Program-made: the position numbers and the translations under genes | The notes under the pieces: model-generated | Database searches by the model: none | What the model saw: only the letters and a program-made list of their open reading frames with translations | What the model was told of the DNA's origin: nothing | Shown here: in pieces, positions 1 through 8,590 of the stretch | Layout: each line of letters opens with the position of its first letter | Position numbering within the stretch: position 1 is the stretch's first letter | IMG/VR virus record: IMGVR_UViG_3300047561_000023 | Span: 1-31,860 of that record | Origin: a virus | Lineage: Duplodnaviria > Caudoviricetes | Length of the DNA: 31,860 bases | Direction: 5' to 3' (one strand)

Positions 1-384
1 TTTCCATGGGGATTCTTGCTCATAAGACTCAGCAGCACCACGCATGATGTCACGGCCCTGCGCGTAGGCTTCAGACAGTGGAATACCCTGCTCAAGCGCT
101 GCAAATGGAGCGCCAACTGCACCCACAATCTTGGGGAATGCGTTGAATGTTGGGCCTTTCATGGCGCTGACAAACCCGCGAAAAGTTTCTGGCAGTTCTG
201 TGCCTTCTCGATAGGCCGGAGACTGGCCCAAGAATTTTAGGATTTCGTCTGGCTTGTATTGATTCTCAATCGCTGCTGTGACTTGTGGTCCAACATCGGG
301 CAATTGAGCCAAAAACTGGATGATCTGGTCATCTTTGTAACCGGCCTTCTGTGCTTCTTTGATTTTCTCTTTAATGCCATCCAT
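1..384 (-). CDS. N-terminal part of a probable large ejection (internal virion) protein, truncated by the window edge
   Basis: Read by hand and absent from the ORF track. ATG at 384 is open to position 1 (MDGIKEKIKEAQKAGYKDDQIIQFLAQ...SYEQESPWK) and starts 2 nt after the stop of 387..1712. Function is inferred from position only. Confidence 0.75.
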   Translation of the reverse strand, partial: MDGIKEKIKEAQKAGYKDDQIIQFLAQLPDVGPQVTAAIENQYKPDEILKFLGQSPAYREGTELPETFRGFVSAMKGPTFNAFPKIVGAVGAPFAALEQGIPLSEAYAQGRDIMRGAAESYEQESPWK

Positions 385-386
385 GA

Positions 387-1712
387 TCAACCTCCTGGTA
401 CGCCAAAGATATTACTAAGGGATGGTCTTGTTGCACCACCACCTCCACTGCCTGCACCAGGCGCATTGCGCATCAATGAGGGGATAGTGGCTGGAGCGCC
501 AAGGGCTGTGCCAAGATTTTTAAAGTTATAAGCCTCACCAAATTGCTCATACTCTTTGCGCTTTTGGTTGTATGCCTGCCCAGCGGCTGAGTACAGTTCA
601 TTGGACAAAGCCTTAAAGTCATCGCGCTGAGTCGGTGTGAGCTTCTGGCCAGTCATCATATTGTTGAAATAGTTATTCAATCGGTCCATGCGGCCAGAGG
701 CTGCCATGGCAATGCCCAGCTCAGACTCGCGCACCACAGAGCCTGGGTCTAGCAATTTCATCACTTTGGTTGCACCGGCAACATCACCAATTGGTGTGCC
801 TTGGCTTAAAGATGAAACCACTTGGCTGTAAGCAGACTTCATGTCGTTGTAGTCTTTGTAGATTGGCTCATTCTTAAATGCGCCACCTAGCTTCATTTCA
901 TTCTCAAAGCCTTTTTGGCCTTCGGCCATGTTGACTGGCACATTGACATTTGTTCTTGGGGCAATCTGCTGTCGATACTGGCCCACTTGACTAATGCCTG
1001 CTTGTCCAGTTCCAGCCAATGGCTGACCACTTATGTACTCCACCGCACGAATGTCAGGGGATTGAGCCTCATAAGGTGAAACACCTTTGGCAATGCGTGA
1101 CTCACCGAGTTTGTTGTACTGGACCATGACAGTTTTGCCATCAATAACCACCGGCTCTGGTCGGCCAAATTCAGACTGAGATGATGCAATCTTCAAAACT
1201 TCTGGCAAGCCTTCTTTGCGCGGCATATTGGAGATCAAAGCGCGCTGAATTGGGTTTAGAAATGCAAGTGGGTCTGCTTGCACTGGTACTGGCGCTGCCA
1301 TCTCTTGCTCGGCAGTTGGAACAGCCGGACCAGTTGGCATTGGCTGCGCTGCACCAGTAGCAGCGATAGGAGATGGCGCGCCACTTAAAAGCCTTCTAAA
1401 AGACTCATTGCCAGCAGTTTCTGCTTGCATCTCTTTAAGTTTTGCACCGAGCATTAAATCTTGAAAAGAACCGGCACGGGCTTGTTGATAACCTTGCTGG
1501 CCTGCTTGTAAAGCTGATCCAAGTGCTTGGCCCATGCTGATTGGGACTGCACTTCGGCCACTGGCTTGGAGCAATGCACCGGCTGCTGACAGTGCAGCAT
1601 TACGGCCCAATAGCTTGCGCTGGTCTTCTGTCAGCAATGCATCAAGACCAGTTGGCACACCACCACCGCCAAACATATTGCCTAAACTTGCAAAATCAAA
1701 TTCGTTAGCCAT
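387..1712 (-). CDS. Probable ejection/DNA-transfer protein (P22 gp20-like position)
   Basis: 441 aa, Ala/Gly/Gln-rich N-terminus (GALLQASG...MGQALGSALQAGQQGYQQA), AGGTGG RBS, located in the podovirus ejection-gene block. Confidence 0.7.
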   Translation of the reverse strand: MANEFDFASLGNMFGGGGVPTGLDALLTEDQRKLLGRNAALSAAGALLQASGRSAVPISMGQALGSALQAGQQGYQQARAGSFQDLMLGAKLKEMQAETAGNESFRRLLSGAPSPIAATGAAQPMPTGPAVPTAEQEMAAPVPVQADPLAFLNPIQRALISNMPRKEGLPEVLKIASSQSEFGRPEPVVIDGKTVMVQYNKLGESRIAKGVSPYEAQSPDIRAVEYISGQPLAGTGQAGISQVGQYRQQIAPRTNVNVPVNMAEGQKGFENEMKLGGAFKNEPIYKDYNDMKSAYSQVVSSLSQGTPIGDVAGATKVMKLLDPGSVVRESELGIAMAASGRMDRLNNYFNNMMTGQKLTPTQRDDFKALSNELYSAAGQAYNQKRKEYEQFGEAYNFKNLGTALGAPATIPSLMRNAPGAGSGGGGATRPSLSNIFGVPGG

Positions 1713-1721
1713 ATTTCCACC

Positions 1722-2171
1722 TTAATCCAATAAACCTCTGAGACGGGTGTTAACCACATCGCCTCTGCTCATCATGTTAGTTGATCCCGTATCTGGTGCA
1801 AGCAAAGATGCAGCCCTCATGGCCCGTCTTTCTTGACCAGGCTTGATGGCCAGTTCTGCCACCGGTGTTCCAGCTCGATCCATGGCCACCGCCACATTGT
1901 CAAAGCCCTTGGCCTGATCGTATGCATAGCCAAAAAGCGCCATGCCCACATCTTTCTCAGACCCTTGGTCAATGATCCTGACCTTTGCAGGGTCACTGGT
2001 GATCACAATGCCTCGGCTTGTCTCAGCCACTGTCAACCCATCAGGGATGCGAGACGGCATCGGTGATCCAGGCGTGATCAGGATGGTGTCACGCTTGCTT
2101 GATGGATCAAGCAAAGCCATGAGCTGCGCATCAGCGTAGCGTTGTGGCTCTGGAGTTGGGTTTTGTCTCAT
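1722..2171 (-). CDS. Hypothetical protein within the ejection-gene block
   Basis: 149 aa ORF packed tightly between its neighbours (1 and 9 nt gaps). No motif recognised. Confidence 0.7.
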   Translation of the reverse strand: MRQNPTPEPQRYADAQLMALLDPSSKRDTILITPGSPMPSRIPDGLTVAETSRGIVITSDPAKVRIIDQGSEKDVGMALFGYAYDQAKGFDNVAVAMDRAGTPVAELAIKPGQERRAMRAASLLAPDTGSTNMMSRGDVVNTRLRGLLD

Positions 2172-2172
2172 G

Positions 2173-3126
2173 TTAGATCAGCGCGGCCAATGCACCAAGG
2201 CCAGCGCCAGTGCCTGCTGTAAGACCAGCTGCGCCAGCCAATTGAGAGCCAGCCAATGCACCGCCTAATAGGCCAGCACCGACATTCTGGCTGTATGGAG
2301 TCGTTGCCACCATGCCAAGGTTGGCAGGCTGCGCACCCAGTGAAGACTGGACCACACCAAGACGCTGGAGGCCGATGTTGCGAATAGCATCCATTTGTTG
2401 CTGGTCCAGAGCCTGACGCGCACCACCAGCGCCCATGACCGCTTGAGCGCCACCAAGACGCAATGCTTGTTGCTGTGCAGCCAAATTACCCAGCTGGCTT
2501 GCACCGCCTAGCCTCAATTGCGCACCTTGCAAGCCTGCTTGCTGATTGGCAATGTCGGCTGCTGATCTGCGGCCAATGTCGGCCTGCTGCATGGCCATCG
2601 CCTGGTTAAATGCCTGCTCGTTTAATGTTGTGCCAAGTGTGGCCGCCTGCTTGGCAAACCCTTGGTTAGTCAAAGCCTCGGCCACACCTTGGCGTGATCC
2701 ACCAAATGCACGGGCTTGTGTGGCACGTTCACCAGTTTGCTGAATGGCAGCGCGTCTTGCAGACTCCAAGTCAGCCAATGCATTGGTGCGCACTTCGCTG
2801 GTGTAAGGATTCATGTAGCTGCCAATTGAGCCTGGGCCTTGCCCCATGCTCAAATTAGTCTGCTGCGCTGTGATCTGACCAGGCTGATAAACACCGCCAT
2901 AAGCGGCCATCTGTGCGGCCAAGTCTGTGCCAGTAATGCCTGGGCCAGCGAGGCCAGCATTGACCAGAGCTTCCTCGCCTGCCTGGTACATTGGGTTATA
3001 GCCAGCAAACTGCTGAGTCGGCAAAGCGCCAGCGACCCCTTGGGCCTGCTGAAAGTTGGCCAAGAATGCTTCTTTGATCTGTGGATCAATGGAGCTTGTT
3101 GACGTTGTTGTTCCACCTTTTGACAT
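2173..3126 (-). CDS. Probable DNA pilot/ejection protein (P22 gp7-like)
   Basis: 317 aa, Q/A/G-rich, with MSKGGTTTSTS start, YMNPY and AFGGSRQGVAE segments and a Gly/Ala hydrophobic C-terminus typical of podoviral pilot proteins. Confidence 0.75.
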   Translation of the reverse strand: MSKGGTTTSTSSIDPQIKEAFLANFQQAQGVAGALPTQQFAGYNPMYQAGEEALVNAGLAGPGITGTDLAAQMAAYGGVYQPGQITAQQTNLSMGQGPGSIGSYMNPYTSEVRTNALADLESARRAAIQQTGERATQARAFGGSRQGVAEALTNQGFAKQAATLGTTLNEQAFNQAMAMQQADIGRRSAADIANQQAGLQGAQLRLGGASQLGNLAAQQQALRLGGAQAVMGAGGARQALDQQQMDAIRNIGLQRLGVVQSSLGAQPANLGMVATTPYSQNVGAGLLGGALAGSQLAGAAGLTAGTGAGLGALAALI

Positions 3127-3135
3127 ATTGCCACC

Positions 3136-4242
3136 TTATCCGAGTAAAGATTTCATTTTCTTGGCAGACACTTTGCCTTCATTGATCATGTCCAGAAGAC
3201 CGCGGCCATACTTGTTGACTGAAGACTTCTTGATCACATATTCGCCAAGATCAAGATTGACAGCGCCATCATCTGGACCAGGAGGGTTTGCACCAAACAT
3301 CACGCCACCATGGACCATGCCACCTTGAGCCATGCCTGTTGATTCTTGCTGAGTGTTTTGCGCTGCCGTTGCCGCTGCCTGCTCTGCCGTTGTATTGGCC
3401 AAATTAGCAGCTGCGATCTGGTCATATAGACCAGGGTTATATCCACCCATTGCTTGGCCTGCCACCACGCCAGCGTATGGATTGCCAACTGGGCGCATCT
3501 GGCCCATGACTTGTGCGTATGGTGAGCCAGTACCACCGACCACATTGGGGTTGTACTGAGCGCCAATTGGGATTGATTGGTAATTGGCAAAGTTCTGGGC
3601 AAAGCCTTGTGTGGCATTTGCGAATGGCGTTGTGCCACTGATGCCCATGTTGCCAGTTGGGCCAAGCAAGCCGCCAGTGCCACCAGTCACGCCACCAGTG
3701 CCACCAGTCACGCCACCAGTGCCACCAGTCACGCCAGTGTTAGTTCTTAATCCAGCTAAACGGGCTGCTTCAGCAGCCGCAGCCGCAGCCGCTGCATTGC
3801 GTTGCTGCAAAGCCAAAGCCGCTTCGTTTTGTCTGGTTATCAAAGCCAACTGGGCCGCATCAGCCGTAGCCTTCTGGGCCGCAGTCAAAGTTCCAGCAGA
3901 AGTTCTAGCCTCTAAATTTCTGGCATCAATCAGTGCCTGACTGGCCGTTCTGTCTCTGGCTGTACGCGCTGCAAGCTCTGCATCAGCCGCGGCATTGGCA
4001 ATCAATTCGGCCTCAGTCTTTGGCAATGCTGTCGCATATTGAGACGCAACACTCTGGGTCGTCACACCAGTGGCACGGGCCACATCTTCTGGGCTAATGC
4101 CAAGTCGGTCCATCTCAATGCGTAAAAGCGCATTGCTTGTGTTGTTTTTCTGCGCGTCAAGCACAGCATTGAAAATGTTGCGGTCAAATTCAGCCTGGCT
4201 CATGCCATTGGCCAATGCCCAATTGAGTGCTTCTGATGCCAT
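3136..4242 (-). CDS. Virion-associated low-complexity protein
   Basis: 368 aa with Ala-rich helices, GGTGGVT repeats and a C-terminal AQGGMV...GPDDG...LGEYVI motif of the kind seen in phage internal and tape-measure proteins. Confidence 0.7.
   Translation of the reverse strand: MASEALNWALANGMSQAEFDRNIFNAVLDAQKNNTSNALLRIEMDRLGISPEDVARATGVTTQSVASQYATALPKTEAELIANAAADAELAARTARDRTASQALIDARNLEARTSAGTLTAAQKATADAAQLALITRQNEAALALQQRNAAAAAAAAEAARLAGLRTNTGVTGGTGGVTGGTGGVTGGTGGLLGPTGNMGISGTTPFANATQGFAQNFANYQSIPIGAQYNPNVVGGTGSPYAQVMGQMRPVGNPYAGVVAGQAMGGYNPGLYDQIAAANLANTTAEQAAATAAQNTQQESTGMAQGGMVHGGVMFGANPPGPDDGAVNLDLGEYVIKKSSVNKYGRGLLDMINEGKVSAKKMKSLLG
3670..3732. repeat. Three tandem 21-bp repeats (GCCACCAGTGCCACCAGTCAC) encoding VTGGTGG
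   Basis: Units at 3670-3690 (1 mismatch), 3691-3711 and 3712-3732. Confidence 0.95.
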
Positions 4243-4252
4243 ATTTATTCCC

Positions 4253-4621
4253 CTAAAGTTCCTTTGCCATTACAGACCATTGTGGGCTGTAACCTTCGTC
4301 TTTCAAAAATGTCTTTGCCCAGCCTCTTCGGCCTGCCAAAGTCACCCTGGTGCAACCAACTGATTTGCCCCAGGATTCGATCAATGGTCTCATCCTTGAG
4401 AGTTCATCTAGGTCGCCACCAGCCAGAAAATAATGCAAATTCTTTAGCCTGGGATAGACAATGATCTCTGTCAACACCACCGAGTCTTTGGCTGGCCACA
4501 GCTGTAATCTGTGATCCTCAACCATCTCAGCGACATCGTCAAAATTATGTGTGCCTCCGGAGTATTCTAATGCCGCCTCCACATGGTGGCGTAACCTCTC
4601 CAGTTGTTCTTTGTCACTCAT
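4253..4621 (-). CDS. GNAT-fold-like virion assembly protein (P22 gp14/T7 gp13-like position)
   Basis: 122 aa with LHYFLAGG...GCTRVTLAGRRGW. Its start overlaps the stop of the gp10-like gene (ATGA). Confidence 0.65.
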   Translation of the reverse strand: MSDKEQLERLRHHVEAALEYSGGTHNFDDVAEMVEDHRLQLWPAKDSVVLTEIIVYPRLKNLHYFLAGGDLDELSRMRPLIESWGKSVGCTRVTLAGRRGWAKTFLKDEGYSPQWSVMAKEL

Positions 4622-6096
4622 CGCTTACCAGCTGGCACAGCGTCAAGCCTCATCACGCCAATGCGCCAGTCGGCCAAAGTGTTGCCAGTCACCTTCATAT
4701 TGACTTGACGGCCAGAAAACCGGACTGAAGTCGGGTTGGCTGCCGTATATGGTCCAAATGACGATTGTGTGCCTGTCGGGTAATTGCGGGTTTTGAATGA
4801 AACCACCGCCTCACCCAGCGTCTGCTCGTCTGGGACAACTTGGCGCACAGACATGATGTTGTCGCCATTGCCCAATTGGACTGGGCCAGACTCAGCGTAA
4901 AGGCTGGCGCTGTCATAGTTAAACCCGACCTCATGCTCGTAGATGTAGCCAGTGCTTGAAACCATTAAAGGATATGTGTAAACACCAGCATCAACCCCAG
5001 CAGTTCGACCCAATGTGCCAATGTTCCAGTGGTTTTCGCGGTAATTGAAAGTCACATAAGAGTCATTCTCATTGCTGCCACTTGATGGATAGAACCACCA
5101 GATTTCGCCAAATTTACTGACATGGACCGAATAAATCTTAGATGCTTGGGCAAAGTTGATATTGGCAAAAATGTAATCTGACACATCACTTGGCAGTGGT
5201 TTGACATAGCCGTCATAAATCCAGAAGCCAGAATTGCTCATCCAAATGGCTGCCGTGTCAATGGCCGCCACCGCTTGGGCCGAAATGAGACCGCAGCCGC
5301 TTGCAGCCTTCTCAAAGCCATAAACAAATGGAGCGCCAACATACTGGGCCGTGTGGACATCCACATCTGTAAACAGTAGGTTTACACCCTTGACCCGCTT
5401 GCCAGCGATCAATGTGCCAGGGCTGGCCAAGTCATAGTCGCCTGCCAGATTGTCGCCTGCTGGTGTCCACTGGGTATTGTTCTCTTGGTCGCACCACTGC
5501 ACCTTGCGTGGGTTTCCACCAGCGCCAAGGGCAAAGATAATGCGCTCTTGAGTGACTAAAACCGCCTTGTTGTTGACTGGTGCATTGGTGATTGCCGCTG
5601 CCAATGTGGGCGTTGAAAAACCTAATTGCCATTCATAAATCTTGCCATCCCATGAAGAGCAAGCAATCAAATACTCACCCCATGTATCAAGTGACCAGGT
5701 GGTGGCTGCAATGAGTGTTCCAGTGTCTGGCCGTGCCACGCCATAGGCCAATGTGCCATAAGTGCTGTAACCATAGCCTGTCAGCACTGTGGAGCTGGCA
5801 TAACCGCTTGTGAAGCCTGTGGGCGTGATGTCTTTGAGTGTCCCAGCCTCATTCATGGCATAGAGCTTGGAATGTGTTCCAGCGCCAATGTATCGGTTGC
5901 CACTGTTATCGCGCCAAGTAATGATGCCTCGGCATGATCCTGTCATCTGTGAGCTTGACCTGGTGCGCCATCCATTGATGGGGCGCAATGTCCCTTCATA
6001 CCAGCGCACTAGGTTTGCGTCGTACCAGCGGCCAGCTGCCTGGTATTCAGTACCATTTCGGAAAACACCTGGGGGTAGCTTTAAAGGTATGTACAT
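4618..6096 (-). CDS. Tail hub/nozzle, packaged-DNA stabilisation protein (P22 gp10-like)
   Basis: 492 aa, Trp-rich beta-propeller-like repeats (WSLDTWGEYL, VQWCDQEN, GCGLIS, FGEIWWFYPS), plus synteny. Confidence 0.8.
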   Translation of the reverse strand: MYIPLKLPPGVFRNGTEYQAAGRWYDANLVRWYEGTLRPINGWRTRSSSQMTGSCRGIITWRDNSGNRYIGAGTHSKLYAMNEAGTLKDITPTGFTSGYASSTVLTGYGYSTYGTLAYGVARPDTGTLIAATTWSLDTWGEYLIACSSWDGKIYEWQLGFSTPTLAAAITNAPVNNKAVLVTQERIIFALGAGGNPRKVQWCDQENNTQWTPAGDNLAGDYDLASPGTLIAGKRVKGVNLLFTDVDVHTAQYVGAPFVYGFEKAASGCGLISAQAVAAIDTAAIWMSNSGFWIYDGYVKPLPSDVSDYIFANINFAQASKIYSVHVSKFGEIWWFYPSSGSNENDSYVTFNYRENHWNIGTLGRTAGVDAGVYTYPLMVSSTGYIYEHEVGFNYDSASLYAESGPVQLGNGDNIMSVRQVVPDEQTLGEAVVSFKTRNYPTGTQSSFGPYTAANPTSVRFSGRQVNMKVTGNTLADWRIGVMRLDAVPAGKR

Positions 6097-6104
6097 GGCA
6101 GTAT

Positions 6105-6755
6105 TTAGGTAATGTTTGAGACAAAGCTCATTGTGACAATGGCTGATGGGACTGCTGGCCGTGTTGGGCTGGCGCTTGTCCCAAAAGCCTCTATGCTTAC
6201 GCCAGTATTTTCAGTTCTCCACATAATTTCAATGTAATCGTTTGAATTCATACTTACAAAAAAGTTCAATGCAGCAATGATATGGCTAGGGTCGCCAGTG
6301 CCTTTTCTTGCTACCAAGTGAAATCTGCTGTTTGAATTGGCAATATTTGTCCCATTTTTGCGAAACCAGATATCCACATCTTGACCATCGTTTGTGGTGT
6401 TTTTTAGTTGAATGGAAAACTGCAAGTTCCAGATTCCGGCATCGGCCACAGTGATTCTTGACCCGCTGGCCATTGTCACACCATTAGCAAAGTCTGTGGT
6501 GTTGAATGTGACCGCATAGGCCGTGGTGGTGTTGGCAGCCACTTGGTCGGTCGAATCTTGGAAAGCCCCATGGGGGTTATTCATAAACCGACCGCCCCTT
6601 GGTCCAAACAAAGAACCAAGCACAAATGACAGTTTCTTAAAGTAAACAGTCAATGCGCCATTGTTTTCGTTGAAATGCCTGCGCTCATAGGTCTCGGTCG
6701 GATAACCGAGTCCTGGTGGAGCTGGATTCTCAAGTTGTTGTGTTTGGCTGGCCAT
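6105..6755 (-). CDS. Tail-associated protein with a C-terminal beta-sandwich (C1q/BclA-like) domain
   Basis: 216 aa. SRITVADAGIWNLQFSIQL and NDYIEIMW resemble jelly-roll knob domains. Confidence 0.6.
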   Translation of the reverse strand: MASQTQQLENPAPPGLGYPTETYERRHFNENNGALTVYFKKLSFVLGSLFGPRGGRFMNNPHGAFQDSTDQVAANTTTAYAVTFNTTDFANGVTMASGSRITVADAGIWNLQFSIQLKNTTNDGQDVDIWFRKNGTNIANSNSRFHLVARKGTGDPSHIIAALNFFVSMNSNDYIEIMWRTENTGVSIEAFGTSASPTRPAVPSAIVTMSFVSNIT

Positions 6756-6800
6756 GGTCTAATTTTGCCCTAAACAGACCCCAATAGATAAGACTTTTCA

Positions 6801-6828
6801 TTGACACAAAATCGGACTACGATAATTT
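6801..6828 (+). promoter_or_regulatory. Putative sigma70 promoter for the counter-oriented acidic ORF
   Basis: Perfect TTGACA at 6801-6806 and TAATTT at 6823-6828 (16-bp spacer). GGGGAA RBS precedes the ATG at 6862. Confidence 0.5.
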
Positions 6829-6861
6829 TGCAGCAATCGGCTGCCTTAACTGGGGAATATC

Positions 6862-7059
6862 ATGAAATTTGAAATGGAACTAGGTTTTCACGAAAGTGAG
6901 AAAATTACAATTGAAACGTGGGATTTCGACAAAATTGAGATCATCAAAGATTTCATTGCTTTTCAAGAAGAACACGGCTGGGCAGTTGAATATGAAGCAA
7001 TTGACCTTGATGATGAAGAATTTGAAGACACTGAAGAAGAAGAAGTCACAGAAGTTTGA
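6862..7059 (+). CDS. Small, highly acidic protein (candidate DNA mimic)
   Basis: 65 aa with 25 Asp/Glu versus 4 Lys and no Arg. It has its own RBS and fills an otherwise empty gap on the opposite strand. Confidence 0.8.
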   Translation: MKFEMELGFHESEKITIETWDFDKIEIIKDFIAFQEEHGWAVEYEAIDLDDEEFEDTEEEEVTEV

Positions 7060-7066
7060 TTCCTGA

Positions 7067-7098
7067 TGGGGCTTACTTGGCCATCAAGTACAGCCCCA
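7067..7098. terminator. Stem-loop at the junction of convergent genes
   Basis: TGGGGCTTACTTG-gccat-CAAGTA(C)AGCCCCA, a 13-bp stem with one bulge. There is no long U-tract, so a terminator role is uncertain. Confidence 0.45.
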
Positions 7099-7216
7099 CA
7101 TTTGAAAAAGCATAGCCGGCATAGACCACTGCCATAGACGCATTGCCTTTAAGCAGCTGCTCCCCAGCAATGTAGGCATAGATCGCGCCAGTCAGAATGA
7201 TTAGCCAGGCGCTCAA
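7073..7216 (-). CDS. Small membrane protein (47 aa)
   Basis: Read by hand: MSAWLIILTGAIYAYIAGEQLLKGNASMAVVYAGYAFSNVGLYLMAK. The TTG start overlaps the phosphoesterase stop (TTGA). Two hydrophobic segments. Confidence 0.7.
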   Translation of the reverse strand: MSAWLIILTGAIYAYIAGEQLLKGNASMAVVYAGYAFSNVGLYLMAK

Positions 7217-8199
7217 AATGCACCTACATCAATGACCTCACCCCTAAATTCCACCATGTCTTCATCAAACTTGTGGACCAGCTCTGGCCATAACAATCGA
7301 CCATTAAAAAAGTTCAGCACCGCAAAGCCTGATCGGTGATTGCTTGGATTGATCTCGGCATAGGTAAATTGCGGCCCGTCAGTCTCTGCCAATGTTCCGG
7401 TATCAACCCCAAAACGATTGCCGTTATAGTCAGCAAATGGCGTTACTTTTAACGAATGCAAGTGACCAGTCACTACCGACACACCAGCGTTGACAGTGTT
7501 GTTGTGGGTGGCATGAATTCCCCCCTTGTATCGGTGTTTGATGATGCACTGCTCAGTAGGCCACACTGCCCAGCAGAAGTCCCAATCTAGGAAATGGTCT
7601 GTCAGCTTAAACCCTAATACTTCCTTAAATTGTGGTGCGTGTTGGGCTAAACGATTACCAAATCTAACGTCATGGTTTCCCCATGTCCACAGTAGCTTTA
7701 CATTATGTCGGACAGACTTTGCAATCTCCTCTATTTCGTTAAGCGCACCCTGACAAGCCTTTAGCTCTTGAATAACAGTGGTCGCTGGTTGTTCAGTTAC
7801 GTCATGGCGGCTTATTGAAGCCCCGTCAAACGCATCTCCATTACAAATCACCACCTGGGGCGAAAATTCTTGAATGGCCCAAAGTAAACCTTTAAATGCC
7901 GTGGACCTTTGACCAGGTATAAAGTGCGCATCAGAGAAAACAATCACAGTGCCATCTAGCATTCCAAGTTCAACTTGCTTTAGTGGACTGAATGATTTGG
8001 GCCTGTTTTTGTCATACAAAGCACCTCGATGGTCTTTGGCATTAAGTTTCATTTTGTAATGCTCTTCAATCCATCTTCTGCGTAAATGAACGGCCCTGGT
8101 GTTGATTCCAAGATGCTCACCTATTTTTGTTGCAGACTGGAATTCACCCCACAGCTGGATAAATTCCATGTCAGTGCAAGTTTCGTTATGAGCGCCCAT
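7213..8199 (-). CDS. Calcineurin-like metallophosphoesterase with a putative N-terminal HTH
   Basis: All canonical motifs are present: SDAH, NGDAFD, GNHD, KH and GHLH. The N-terminal SATKIGEHLGINTRAVHLRRR resembles an HTH. Confidence 0.88.
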   Translation of the reverse strand: MGAHNETCTDMEFIQLWGEFQSATKIGEHLGINTRAVHLRRRWIEEHYKMKLNAKDHRGALYDKNRPKSFSPLKQVELGMLDGTVIVFSDAHFIPGQRSTAFKGLLWAIQEFSPQVVICNGDAFDGASISRHDVTEQPATTVIQELKACQGALNEIEEIAKSVRHNVKLLWTWGNHDVRFGNRLAQHAPQFKEVLGFKLTDHFLDWDFCWAVWPTEQCIIKHRYKGGIHATHNNTVNAGVSVVTGHLHSLKVTPFADYNGNRFGVDTGTLAETDGPQFTYAEINPSNHRSGFAVLNFFNGRLLWPELVHKFDEDMVEFRGEVIDVGAF

Positions 8200-8560
8200 G
8201 AGAGTCCTTAGAGAGTAATTTTTCTAACAGATTGACCACCCTATGCTCTTGTGTCTCAATCTCATCTTGAGATGACTTAGGGTCTTGGGCCACTGTCATA
8301 AGATCATGCAAAAAAACATGAAGCAATTCATGCAGGGCCGTCTGGTCTAAAGATTCTGGGGTGATCTTTTCAGCACCAAAGTCACCCAAACGATATGTGG
8401 CCAGTCTGGCCCCTTCATTAAATTCCACTGAAGCCATGGCATTCTTTGCAGGCTTCAAACCCTTCTCGATGCGCCAGTCGCCAAGATTAAGCACTTGCTG
8501 CCATTTCCGCACACTTTGTGCAAAAAGCGCGGAGTCTTCTGGTGTGGGAATGTTTGACAT
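8186..8560 (-). CDS. Small HExxH (zincin-like) metalloprotein
   Basis: 124 aa with TALHELLHVFL followed by a downstream EH. Overlaps the start of the phosphoesterase gene. Confidence 0.7.
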   Translation of the reverse strand: MSNIPTPEDSALFAQSVRKWQQVLNLGDWRIEKGLKPAKNAMASVEFNEGARLATYRLGDFGAEKITPESLDQTALHELLHVFLHDLMTVAQDPKSSQDEIETQEHRVVNLLEKLLSKDSHGRS

Positions 8561-8590
8561 ATCAACACCTTATATGACTTTTATGTCAAT

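Noticed and set aside
3670-3732. 21-bp repeats as a possible CRISPR array
   Set aside because: The repeats are directly tandem with no spacers and are in frame within a protein.
8561-8590. Minus-strand TTGACA...TATAAG upstream of the HExxH gene as a promoter
   Set aside because: The spacer is only 9 bp, which is incompatible with sigma70. The short TGAC-N6-GTCA dyad is too weak to call.
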